Source of the DNA: Octopus vulgaris
Lineage: Eukaryota
DNA length: 64,000 bases
Direction of reading: 5' to 3'
NCBI GenBank assembly: GCA_951406725.2
Contig: OX597839.1
Span: 39,680,001-39,744,000, forward strand
Below are positions 39,412 through 51,310 of this stretch, piece after piece (the stretch's first letter is position 1; the number at the start of each line of letters is the position of its first letter). The position numbers and the translations under genes are program-made. The notes beneath the pieces are model-generated. The model did not search any database, had not been told where the DNA came from, and worked only from the letters and a program-made list of their open reading frames with translations.

Positions 39412-40030
39412 GGAGGCAGCGAGGATGGCGAATTAGTTGAAGTGTTCGATCGTCGAACAAAATGCTTAGCGGTATTTCATCCGGCTCTTGACTTTCTGAG
39501 TTCAAATTCCGCCGAGGTCGACTTTGCCTTTCATCCTTTCGGGGTCGATAAATTAAGTACCAGTTACGCACTTGGGTCGATGTAATCGACTTAATCCGTT
39601 TGTCTGTCCCTTTTTGTCTCCTCTGTGTTTAGCCCCTTATGGGTAGTAAAGAAATAGGTATTTTGTCTGTCGCTACGTTCTGAGTTCAAATTCCACCGAG
39701 GTCGACTTTGCCTTTCACTCTTTCGGGGTCGATTAAATAAGTACCAGTTACGCACTGGGGTCAATATAATCGACCTAATCCGTTTGTCTGTCCTTTTTTG
39801 TCCTCTCTGTGTTTAGCCCCTTGTGGGTAGTAAAGAAATCGGTATTTCATCCGGCTCTTGACTTTCTGAGTTCAAATTCCGCCGAGGTCGACTTTGCCTT
39901 TCACCCTTTCGGGGTCGATTAAATAAGTAACAGTTACGCACTGGGGTCGATATAATCGACTTAATCCCTTTGTCTGTCCTTGTTTGTCTTTTCTATGTTT
40001 AGTCCCCTGTGGGCAATAAAGAAATAAATA
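39412..40030 (+). mobile_element. SINE family C tandem trimer
   Basis: Head at 39412; further units start at ~39657 and ~39841 (184-bp period). Confidence 0.9.
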
Positions 40031-40299
40031 TTCTTTCCAAGACGCTTTGTCAGAGTCCATGTTGTACATCCATGTAACCGAACCGACTGCGTTACGGCCA
40101 TTTGGAACGTAGCTTGAATAGCTTGAGAGAAACAGCAACTTAATCACTCTCAGACCACACACTGCCGTCTTAATAAAAGGAAGGAACATGTTAGGTGACG
40201 TGGACTCAAATACACGCTTGAAAATCCCGTTGATCGCAGTCCTGCACGGTCAAGACTCGCCAAGAGGATAAACAGCTATAGTTTATACTTTATATATTG

Positions 40300-40527
40300 C
40301 TTTACTACCCACAAGGGGCTAAACATAGAGGGGACAAACAAGGACAGACAAACGTATTAAGTCGACTATATCGACCCCAGTGCGTAACTGGTACTTATTT
40401 AATCGACCCCGAAAGGATGAAAGGCAAAGTCGACCTCGGCGGAATTTGAACTCAGAACGTCAAGAGCCGGATGAAATACCGCTAAGCACTTTGCCCGGCG
40501 TGCTAATGTGTCTGCCAGCACGCCGCT
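40300..40527 (-). mobile_element. SINE family C monomer
   Basis: Full length; ~20-bp TSD GCTATAGTTTATA(C/G)TTTATA. Confidence 0.9.
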
Positions 40528-40677
40528 ATAGTTTATAGTTTATAAGCTTTTACTACGCTTAAACTTTTATACGAGAATTACTGCTATTATATCGATACGA
40601 ACCCGCGCTCATTTGGATCACAAGGCTCACATCGAAATCATCAATTTTAACGACAAAGAATAAAAGGACGAACGAAT

Positions 40678-40709
<32 letters not shown>

Positions 40710-40799
40710 CACATTCCGACAGTGTGTAATTTGAAAGCCACACATGCGGGTGTATATATACAAATATATACACACGTGTTGACATTGGAAGTAATTTGA

Positions 40800-40833
40800 A
40801 AACATATATACACATATATACACATATATATAA

Positions 40834-40871
<38 letters not shown>

Positions 40872-41166
40872 TATACACACATGTAAATATATATATATAT
40901 ACATACATACATACACATGTATGTATACATATATAAATGTGCGTATATATATATAGAGTGTATGTGTATATATATAGTGTGTATATATATATATAGTGTA
41001 TGTGTGTATATAGTGTGTTTGTATATATATATACATAGATAGTGTGTGTATATATAAATATATATATAGATAGTGTGTGTATATATAAATATATATATAG
41101 ATAGTGTATATATATATAAATATATATATATAGATAGTGTATATATATATATAGAGAGAGAGATAG

Positions 41167-41198
<32 letters not shown>

Positions 41199-41200
41199 TA

Positions 41201-41237
<37 letters not shown>

Positions 41238-41297
41238 TAGTATATATATATATATATAGTGTATATAGTGTATATATATATGTATATATATATGTGT

Positions 41298-41388
<91 letters not shown>

Positions 41389-41400
41389 TAGTGTATATAT

Positions 41401-41448
<48 letters not shown>

Positions 41449-41515
41449 TAGATAGATAGATAGTGTATGTGTATATATATATATATATAGTGTATATATA
41501 TATATAGATAGTGTG

Positions 41516-41583
<68 letters not shown>
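40800..41583. repeat. (TA)n-rich compound microsatellite
   Basis: Direct inspection. Confidence 0.95.
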
Positions 41584-41586
<3 letters not shown>

Positions 41587-42165
41587 GCTCATACAAATTT
41601 AAATTCGGATATAAATGGAATAACCGTTTTCGTTGCAACTTTATCACCAAACAGAATCATGACAAGAATTGTTCGAAGAGATAAAAAGGAAAATCTAACA
41701 ACCATCACAAATGCATAAAACACATTCTCGTTAAAATGACGACCCCCCCCCGCATCCCATAGGCCGGTAATAATTAACAGTAGAAAAGTACGTGGGAGGG
41801 GAGTTTAATAGTTTATCAAAATTGTTCCGGTGATCTGTAGGTGAGATTATAAAACTGCCACTCCCCGCTGAATGGAATGCTGGTCCGTCGCGGGAACACA
41901 TTTACTGTTGAGTGAATTTTAGCAGCGCAAAATGGAATTGTTTCGTTCAAGAACACAATGTGCCGTCCGTTCTGAGAATCGAAGCCACCATCTTGCGATC
42001 GTGAGTATAACATGCTAACCACAACACAAACCCACATGCGTTTCAGATTGAACACATAAAATGATTTGCTATTCTGGAGTTTCCTCGATCCGTTGGTAGT
42101 TTTTCAGACAACAGTTTATTGGAAGAGAATGCAGAAAAAGAAAGCCAAATATTTTCCCTATTTAT

Positions 42166-42548
42166 GGAAGCACTCCGTCGGTTACGACGATGAGGGTTCC
42201 GGTTGATCCGAATCAACGGAACAGCCTGCTCGTGAAATTAACGTGCAAGTGGCTGAGCACTCCACAGACACGTGTACCCTTAACGTAGTTCTCGGGGATA
42301 TTCAGCGTGACACAGAGAGTGACAAGGCCGGCCCTTTGAAATACAGGTACAACAGAAACAGGAAGTAAGAGTAAGAGAAAGTTGTGGTGAAAGAGTACAG
42401 CAGGGATCACCACGATCCCCTGCCAGAGCCTCGTGGAGCTTTAGGTGTTTTCTCTCAATAAACACTCACAACACCCGGTCTGGGAATCGAAACCGCGATC
42501 CTACGACTGCGAGTCCGCTGCCCTAACCACTGGGCCATTGCGCCTCCT
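42166..42548 (-). mobile_element. SINE family A
   Basis: Full length; ~13-bp TSD TTTTCCCTATTTA. Confidence 0.9.
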
Positions 42549-42848
42549 CATTTTTCCCTATTTAAAGAACTTGTGACGTGTTATCCTGGAGACACTCCAG
42601 AATAACAGATCACTAGGTAGTCCGCTTATAAACATTCCTATCCAAATCGGAGACGAGTAACAATACTTCCAAGTTGCAGCTTGAACAATTGTGAATATCT
42701 CTTCACCTGAAACCAGCAGTAGCCCTGTAAAGCCACAACTAAAAAATATTTATTCGTCAATGCGGCGTTGAGAACTCATTCTTACTGATTTGATATTAGC
42801 GTATGTGTGTGTGTGTTTGTGTATATATATATATATATATATATACAC

Positions 42849-43299
42849 ATTTGGAAAATAAGACAAGGTAGAAAATGCTAAAATAAATTTATGAAATACA
42901 CTTTGTAAATTTTAGTACCGGTTTCGGGTCCTTTCGACTTTTTCAACTAAAAGTGAAACAAGAAAAACAATTAAATTGAAGAAAATTTTAAATGAAATAT
43001 TTTGTAAATATTTCCATAGTCTTCAAATAGGTAGGACATTTCCCTTTTTTCTGTCTGTCTGTCTTTCTTTTCCTTTGTGAAGGCTCGGTAGGTAGTAGCA
43101 GATCTGAGGAAATAGTGTTTATGGGTGCTAAGAAAAGTTTGGTTCTGAAGTATGATGGCTTAAGTAGCAGCAGTTGCAGTAGCCGATATTGTCCGGTGAC
43201 AGCTTCGTCACTGTCTACAACATTCTTATATCAGAATAATACTCCATAAAAGTATAGGGTAACCCATCGGGTTAATGTAAAATTGTCTTCATTATAACA

Positions 43300-43300
<1 letters not shown>
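42849..43300 (-). mobile_element. (TA)n-embedded element with degenerate minimal-hammerhead-like motif
   Basis: Minus strand 42952-42910: TTTTAG-TTGAAAA-AGTC(gaaag)GACCC-GAAACCGGTA-CTAAAA. Confidence 0.45.
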
Positions 43301-43338
<38 letters not shown>

Positions 43339-43973
43339 ATTTAGGAATGGTCATTTTGCCAGTTTAGCCAATAAAAACACACGCACTATATATTTGGTGT
43401 TACTTTGCTTTAGTGTTATCTATTTTTTACATTAATCTTAATCTTATTTCGGCCAGAGTTCATTCATCACACTCCTGTGACCGCATAAGCGGTCCTTTGC
43501 TTTCTTCTTTCTTATTAGTGTGTCTCTCCTTACTAACGGTCAGCCATTTTGTATTCCTAGTGTATGTGTCTTCATTTGCGCATGCGTATACCTCTATGTG
43601 TGTCTATGTTTAGTTTGTGTGTGTGAAGTGCCTGTAATATTTGTATCTGCTGTTTATACACGTTCGTGTAATTTGTTTTTGTTTATTTTGCTCATGTGTT
43701 TACACCTACTTATTGTTATTTTTTTTTAATTATATTTTCTTCATTTATGTTGAAGGTCCACATAAATGACGTGTGGAGAACGAGCCTTGATCTGACAGAA
43801 AATCGACTTCCGATTGTCAGAACCCATCCTTTCCCCTTTCACTAAAACTGTCTCAAAACAGACACACCAGATTTTTGTTATACACACATATTATATATAT
43901 ACCCACGTTGAAAGCCGTTTATTATGATCACTATCAAATGTATCACCCAATAACATTAAGCAAAAGAATATGA

Positions 43974-44021
<48 letters not shown>

Positions 44022-44028
44022 CGGTCTA

Positions 44029-44108
<80 letters not shown>

Positions 44109-44109
44109 A

Positions 44110-44293
44110 GGTCCCGGGTTGAGTCGGGGTTAACCACAGTAAATAAGGTACTCAATACATAGCAGAGTAAATTAATTTATTTTATAGAAGGAGCTTCTAC
44201 AGGACTAGAACTGTTTCATTCAAATGAAATCATCAGGAAGCTTCCTGATGATTTCATTTGAATGAAACAGTTCTAGTCCTGTAGAAGCTCCTT

Positions 44294-44299
<6 letters not shown>
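44110..44299. mobile_element. Microsatellite-embedded element ending in a perfect 118-bp palindrome
   Basis: 44182-44299 is self-complementary about 44240/44241 (AAG|CTT); contains CTGATGA...GAAAC on both strands. Confidence 0.8.
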
Positions 44300-44335
<36 letters not shown>

Positions 44336-44621
44336 AATTCAAATTAACGAATAAAAAAAACGACACAATTTGTTCATGCAGTTATGTGTCTGTATGCATG
44401 CGTGTATACACACAGACACACACATTGAAAGCTGTTTATTATGATCTCTATCAGACATACCACCCGATAACATTAAGCAATCGAATATATAGTGTTTTAA
44501 TGACTGATTTATATTATCCATGGTTTTAATAAGCGTTTTACCTTTATTTCAAATAAACGTGTAAAAAAAAATACGACACATACATACAGAATCATGTACC
44601 ACGCATTTATGTATATATTAC

Positions 44622-44658
<37 letters not shown>

Positions 44659-45132
44659 TTTGTGTGTGCCTGTGAATATATCTACACATATATTTTGTGT
44701 GTGTGTATGTATGTTTGTAAGTGTATATAGCCCTCATTTTTGAAGATTGTTTTCGCGTTACATTTGGTTAAAATAACTTCCAAAATTCCATACAAAATTT
44801 GATAGATTTCTAAATCCTTTTAAAAATATTATAAAACCACTTTTTGCTTGCAGATGTTGGTCAAGTAAATATCTATATTAATCTAATACAAACCAACCAA
44901 TGAAAATGTTTTTTTGACGTTTAATAATTCTTTGTAGTTTTGGGCGCGAAACTAGCAATATTCAGAATGAGGTTAGTCAGTTAGATAGACCTTTGCATTT
45001 GACTTCTTAATTTTATTGACCCAGAATGGACAGACTTCAAAGATAAACTTGGCGGAATAGCGAACCAGAATGTAATGAGTTGGAAGTAAATGCCGCTAAC
45101 GATTCTGATGGCGCACCGCCTGCTTCACACAT

Positions 45133-47433
45133 TTAAAAATAATCATCATCATCATCATCGTCGTCAAACAATGCTGATCTCTCAATAGCTGCAACATCGA
45201 TGCAGGGAATGACAGTTAGTGCGGATCGTCCCCGCTGTGTTGACCGTGCAATTAATACACGTTGGGTTTGTCTTGCCACTGTTGCTTTTGGTGGCAACGG
45301 CGGTCGTGTCACCGCTGTTGCTGCTGGTGGCCGCGGCAGTAGTGCCGCCGCTGTTGCTGTTGGTGGTGGCCGCGGCAGTAGTGCCGTTGCTGTTGCTGCT
45401 GGTGGCCATGGTGCCGTTGCTTTTGGCGGTGGTGGTGCAAACAACGACGAACACGACGGTAACTCTGTTACTGTTCCCGACGGAGGTGCAACGAATAAAG
45501 AGGTCGAGGAAAGCTGTGATGATACCGTTGCTTTTTTTGGGATTGGTGCAAGCAACAACGGTAAGGGTGTCACTTTTGCAAACGCCGATGACGATGATGG
45601 TATAGGTGGTAGTAGTGGTGCTGCTGCTGCTGCCTGTGTTCCCGATGTTGCTGGTGGTGGTAGTGCCAGCAACGTTGACGACGATGGTAGTGGTTTCACC
45701 ACTCTTGCTGGCACTGCCCGTACTGTCACCTCTTTTACTGGTGGTGGTAGTGCATACAACGACGAAGATGGTGGCGGTGCTACCGCTGTTGCTGGCACGG
45801 CCCGTTTTCTCGGTACTGACCGTACTGTCACTGCTCGGGTTGTCACTACTTTTGCTTCCACTGCCTGTACTGTCGGCGCTGCCACTGCCCGTACTGTCGG
45901 CGCCGTTGCTGCCACTGCCCGTACTGTCGGCGTGGTTGCTGCCACTGCCCGTACTGTCGGCGTGGTTGCTGCCACTGCCCGTACTGTCGGCGCTGTTGCT
46001 GCCATTGCCCGTACTGTCGGCGCTGCCACTGCCCGTACTGTCGGCGCCGTTGCTGCCACTGCCCGTACTGTCGGCGCTGCCACTGCCCGTACTGTCGGCG
46101 CCGTTGCTGCCACTGCCCGTACTGTCGGCGCTGCCACTTCCCGTACTGTCGGCGCTGCCACTGCCCGTACTGTCGGCGCCGTTGCTGCCACTGCCCGTAC
46201 TGTCGGCGCCGTTGCTGCCACTGCCCGTACTGTCGGCGCCGTTGCTGCCACTGCCCGTACTGTCGGCGCCGTTGCTGCCACTGCCCGTACTGTCGGCGCC
46301 GTTGCTGCCACTGCCCGTACTGTCGGCGCCGTTGCTGCCACTGCCCGTACTGTCGGCGCTGCCACTGCCCGTACTGTCGGCGCTGCCACTGCCCGTACTG
46401 TCGGCGTGGTTGCTGCCACTGCCCGTACTGTCGGCGCTGTTGCTGCCACTGCCCGTACTGTCGGCGCTGCCACTGCCCGTACTGTCGGCGTGGTTGCTGC
46501 CACTGCCCGTACTGTCGGCGCTGTTGCTGGTGGTGGTAGTGCAAGCAATGAGGACGACGGCGGTAGTGGTGGTGGTGTCACCGCCACTGCCCGGGTTGCC
46601 GCCTCTATTGCTGCCACTACCCGTGTTGTCGCCTCTATTACTGCCACTGCCCGTACTGTCACTGCTGTTGCATCAACTGCCTCTGGTGTCACCGCTGTTG
46701 CTGGTGGTGGTGGTAGTGCAAGCAACGATGACGATGAAGGTATCACCGCTGCCTCTGCCTCGATCGCTGATTCTGAGGATGTTCCAAACGACGACGTTGA
46801 TGATGATAAGGGCGCTGCAGATGTCTTTATTTTTACTAGAGATGACTGCGAGGAAAAATCATAGTGAAAAGTTCCATCCGAAAGAAAAGAAGAAAAAGAT
46901 ATATCGCTGCTGTCGTCGTCGTCGTCGTCGTCATCGCTTTTTGCCCCATTCTCGTCACCAAAGTCAACCTGAATTGTAAAACGATTTGTGCAACCACAAA
47001 CAGCCTCCTCTTTAGGGGGTTCAACAGGGGTTAAACTCGCCATCTGGCTTGCAAGTCGGTACCAATATTCTGAACTGTGACTCACGGCATCACTATTTGA
47101 AGAATGCGATGAAACAGAAAAGGAAGACGAAGATGGCGCTATCGTCTCTTTCAGTTCAGTACTACCATTATAATCATCATCATCATCATTGTCCTCATCT
47201 TCATTTGCTTTTTCTATGTTCTCACACAACCATTGTTGTTCTCCTTCGATTTGCTTTTCCCTGTCTTCTTCCATTTCTGGTTTTTCGTTGACTATGTTAT
47301 CTGGTCTAAAGACCGCACCGAGGCGGCCAAAAAACCTGCTGCTACAGCTACTGGTGTTGGCAGTCAACATCAGATTGTCATTTGGCGAATTTCCTCTTTT
47401 CCGTCGGAAGAGGCGAGATGGAAGCGATCCCAT
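45133..47433 (-). CDS. Uninterrupted 766-aa low-complexity protein: MGxxxS plus polybasic N-terminus, acidic/Ser-rich region, Ala/Thr/Pro/Val/Arg repeat core, Pro-rich region, acidic C-terminus (DDDDDDDDYF); family not recognised
   Basis: Frame is stop-free from 47637 to 45136; the track start at 47568 is TTG and the first ATG is 47433; only triplet-phase repeats occur over 2.5 kb in an otherwise dinucleotide-repeat-saturated window; AATAAA candidates at 45017-45012 and 44548-44543. Confidence 0.7.
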   Translation of the reverse strand: MGSLPSRLFRRKRGNSPNDNLMLTANTSSCSSRFFGRLGAVFRPDNIVNEKPEMEEDREKQIEGEQQWLCENIEKANEDEDNDDDDDYNGSTELKETIAPSSSSFSVSSHSSNSDAVSHSSEYWYRLASQMASLTPVEPPKEEAVCGCTNRFTIQVDFGDENGAKSDDDDDDDDSSDISFSSFLSDGTFHYDFSSQSSLVKIKTSAAPLSSSTSSFGTSSESAIEAEAAVIPSSSSLLALPPPPATAVTPEAVDATAVTVRAVAVIEATTRVVAAIEAATRAVAVTPPPLPPSSSLLALPPPATAPTVRAVAATTPTVRAVAAPTVRAVAATAPTVRAVAATTPTVRAVAAPTVRAVAAPTVRAVAATAPTVRAVAATAPTVRAVAATAPTVRAVAATAPTVRAVAATAPTVRAVAATAPTVRAVAAPTVREVAAPTVRAVAATAPTVRAVAAPTVRAVAATAPTVRAVAAPTVRAMAATAPTVRAVAATTPTVRAVAATTPTVRAVAATAPTVRAVAAPTVQAVEAKVVTTRAVTVRSVPRKRAVPATAVAPPPSSSLYALPPPVKEVTVRAVPARVVKPLPSSSTLLALPPPATSGTQAAAAAPLLPPIPSSSSAFAKVTPLPLLLAPIPKKATVSSQLSSTSLFVAPPSGTVTELPSCSSLFAPPPPKATAPWPPAATATALLPRPPPTATAAALLPRPPAATAVTRPPLPPKATVARQTQRVLIARSTQRGRSALTVIPCIDVAAIERSALFDDDDDDDDYF
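45858..46528. repeat. Coding minisatellite of ~24 units of 30 bp or 24 bp (ATAPTVRAVA / APTVRAVA)
   Basis: Unit GCCACTGCCCGTACTGTCGGCG(CCGTTG)CT; both unit lengths are multiples of 3. Confidence 0.95.
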
Positions 47434-49139
47434 GAAACCAGCCTTTGCACTTATAGAAACTGATGTCGTTACTACCGATGTTGGTGTACTAAATACAAGT
47501 CTTCTCGATTGGTGGTGGTGGTGGTGGTGGGTACCAAAGTTTTGGTGTTTGTAGTGGATGATCTGCAAAATGTCTGTGGGTGAATGTGGTTTCCGCCGAA
47601 GCCCCTGTGTAATATAACTGTTAGAGTTCCTATAACATTATTCGTGATTGTACCGAAGTTATTAGTAGAGTTACTGCAAGTGTTCTTGGTAGAGTTTACT
47701 GTTTAGTTTCTTCCTGAAATTCCTCCAATTTTTTCGTGTGATTACTGCTGGTGTTTTTAGTTCATTCTCTGTTCATGGCCTTCGTATGTCATTTCTAGTG
47801 AAGTCCTTGGCACATTGATTCCGAAGTCGATACCGTAGCTACTTCAACAACATCGGATATCTTAGTCTAGTCTCTATTGTTCATGAAGTATTTACCGCGA
47901 ACGGTCATGAGGGAGGGGATGATTTCCCGATGAAGCTCTTTCGATAATTAAATGTTACTTTTTAAAATACATTCCTCGTGCGGGTATCACCGAAGTTCTA
48001 TGCACCAATGGGAGCTCTTAATGAAGTTTAAAGCTGAAATTCTTTAAAAAAAAATACCTTAAATTCTTGGTATAACTACTGGTATTTCTGGTCGATTTAC
48101 TGCGAATGCCAGTCGTATTTTGTGGTTTTCTCTGAAGCCCTTGATAGCAGTAAAATAGATGTAGACTTCACTGCAGAAAACCGATGCTCTTGCTGTGGTT
48201 ACTAGCAGTGTTTGCCGCGTATTTACTGCAAATGCGTTTGGTAGGTAGATTCCGTCAATGTTCTCTGTAATTTACTGTTGAAGTTGATGTTATGGGTAGG
48301 TACTGCAGCAATATGCTCCCAGTGTAAGTACCACCAAAATTCTTCGTGAAATTCCCCAAGTTCTTCGTGAATATGCTACCGGTGTTTGGAGAAAATTTTC
48401 TGTGAACGATCTTTTGTAATGTGTTCAACAGAAATCCATTATATATTTAGAGCTCAAAATGTTCTTACAAAATATTCTTGGTACAGGCAACACAGAAATT
48501 ATTTATGGAGTTAAATTAGAAAAAGCTCTTGTGGAATTTACAATGAATGTCTTTTGTGTCTTCCGGTGAATTCCTGAATATATTTACTGCAGTAGTCTGT
48601 GTTGTTGCAGTTGCTATTGAAGTTGTTCTCAGCGTAATAATGTTTGTGGTTATAGTTAAAATTTTTGGTGCTTATTTGCTCACCGACTCAATAGAGAACT
48701 GGTTAAAATTGACTCGGAATTTTAAACAATAATATATAATATTTTTGCCTTGTTTCTTATTAAAATTTTAAATGAGATTTAAAAAAAAATGTCGACAGAG
48801 AAAAATCGAAAAACTAAAAAATTCCTCGAGACACAAATTTGATTTTTGACCGATTCAAATGCAAAAAGAAGTATGGGAATCGTTTCAATTAATTTAAATA
48901 GAATTTCAAACTATGACCGTGCCGTACGAAGCAATTAAATATGGAATGTTCCATTCATCAACGAATGGATGTGTTAGAGGTGCTCGTTTTGAAACTACAT
49001 ACTTTCGAGTTCAGTTCCACAGCGCGGCACCTTGCTTAAATGTTTTTTTTATTATAGACCTTGGTCGACCAAGGAATTGTTAGTGAATTTGATAGACGGA
49101 AACTGTATTGAAGCCCGTTGTGCTTCTATATAAATTCAT

Positions 49140-49170
<31 letters not shown>

Positions 49171-49522
49171 CATACGTATATACATACATATATATATATA
49201 TACATACGTATATACATACATATATATATACATACGTATATACATACATATATATATTCATACGTATATACATACATATATATATACGTACGTATATACA
49301 TACATATATATATACATACATATATACATACATACATATATACATACATATATATATATATACATATATATATGTATGTATAGTTTGCTCGCTTAGCCAG
49401 CGGGGTGGCGTCATTCGAAGGCTAAAACAATGCGAACGCATTGTGACCAGCGATGTGTAACAACATCTGATGGTCTGGTCGGTCACGTGATCACGTGATC
49501 ATATATATATATACATACATAC

Positions 49523-49565
<43 letters not shown>

Positions 49566-49596
49566 CATATATATATATATATATACATACATATAC

Positions 49597-49760
49597 GAGT
49601 GGCCGTGTGGTAAGTAGCTTGCTAACCAACCACATGGTCCCGGGTTCAGTCCCACTGCGTGGCATCTTGGGCAAGTGTCTTCTACTATAGCCCCGGGCCG
49701 TCCAATGCCTTGTGAGTGGATTTGGTAGACGGAAACTGAAAGAAGCCTGTCGTATATATG

Positions 49761-49791
<31 letters not shown>

Positions 49792-50016
49792 GTGTGTGTT
49801 TGTGTGTCTGCTGTGTTTGTCCCCCTAGCATTGCTTGACAACGGATGCTGGTGTGTTTACGTCCCCGTAACTTAGCGGTTCGGCAAAAGAGACCGATAGA
49901 TTAAGTACTGGGCTTCCAAAGAATAAGTCCCGGGGTCGCGTTGCTCGACTAAAGGCGGTGCTCCAGCATGGCCGCAGTCAAAATGACTGAAACAAGTAAA
50001 AGAAAGAAAAGAAAAG
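49597..50016 (+). mobile_element. SINE family B, full length
   Basis: Head-to-tail match to other B copies. Confidence 0.9.
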
Positions 50017-50570
50017 AATATATATACATACGTATATAAATATATATATATATACATACATATATACATACATATATATATATATACATACGTATATAAA
50101 TACATATATATATACATATGTATATATATACATACGTATATAAATACACACACACACACACACATATAGTTATATATATGTGTGTGTGTGTGTTTGTTCC
50201 ACTCACACCGGTTGATAAACTCTGTTGGTTCGTTTACGTTCCCACAATTTAGCGGTTCGGCAGAAGAAAGTGGACAGCATAACAATCGGGGACAATATGT
50301 CCGGCTAAACCCTCCAAGACAGTATAGTCTCGGTCCAAGGAATGAAATACGAAAGTAATTAAAAAGGCTCCTCGGACATATGAAAATAATATACACACGT
50401 TCTTACGACGGGCTTCTTCCAGTTTCCGTGTACCAAATCTTACTCACAAGGCTTTAGTCAGCCCAAGGCTATAGTCGAAGACAAATGCCCAGGGTGACAT
50501 GCAATGGGACTGAACCCGCAACCATGTGGCTGGAAAGCAAGTTTCTTACCATATAGCAAAACACACACAC

Positions 50571-50631
<61 letters not shown>

Positions 50632-50675
50632 GAAATAAAGGTTCAATAACAATTGCGAACGTATAGATATTGTCA

Positions 50676-51310
50676 CGGCTGTGTGGTAAGTAGCTTGTTT
50701 ACCAACCACATGGTTCCGGGTTCAGTCCCACTGCGTGGCACCTTGGGCAAGTGTCTTCTACAATAGCCCCGGGCTGACCAAAGCCTTGTGAGTGGATTTG
50801 GTAGACGGAAACTGAAAAGAAGCCCGTCGTATATATGTATATATATATGTATATATGTGTGTGCGTGCGTGTATGTTTGTGTGTCTGTGTTTGTCCCCCT
50901 TGCATTGCTTAACGACCGATGCTGGTGTGTTTATTTCCCCGTCACTTAGCGGTTCCATAGAATAAGTGGCACCTTGGGCAAGTGTCTTCTACTATAGCCT
51001 CGGGCTGACCAAAGCCTTGTGAGTGGATTTGGTAGACGGAAACTGAAAGAAGCCCATCGTATATATGTATATATATATATGTGTGTGCGTGTATGTTTGT
51101 GTGTCTGTGTTTGTCCCCCTTGCATTGCTTAACGACCGATGCTGGTGTGTTTATTTCCCCGTCACTTAGCGGTTCCATAGAATAAGTGGCACCTTGGGCA
51201 AGTGTCTTCTACTATAGCCTCAGGCTGACCAAAGCCTTGTGAGTGGATTTGGTAGACGGAAATTGAAAGAAACCCGTCGTATCTATGTATATATATATAT
51301 GTGTGTGCGT
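50676..51310 (+). mobile_element. SINE family B tandem trimer (220-bp period)
   Basis: Identical junction CCATAGAATAAG|TGGCACCTTGGG at ~50966 and ~51186. Confidence 0.9.

Noticed and set aside
43905-44501. ~80-bp diverged direct repeat (43905-43980 / 44423-44501) as a long TSD of the palindromic element
   Set aside because: Far more diverged than the perfect palindrome, and boundaries do not abut it; more likely an older local duplication
45858-46528. CRISPR-like array
   Set aside because: Contiguous tandem units with no unique spacers, in a eukaryotic context
45846-46544. Arg/Tyr/Trp-rich alternative frame as a reflectin-like protein
   Set aside because: No ATG start, no Met-rich M/FD(X)5MD reflectin motif, and confined to the minisatellite
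45200-46979. Plus-strand 554-aa and 457-aa ORFs
   Set aside because: Antisense shadows of the GC-rich repeat region; the minus frame extends further on both sides and has a meaningful N-terminus
47434-47568. N-terminal 45 aa of the 811-aa track ORF
   Set aside because: Starts at TTG; in a eukaryote the first ATG (47433) is more plausible unless the region is spliced in
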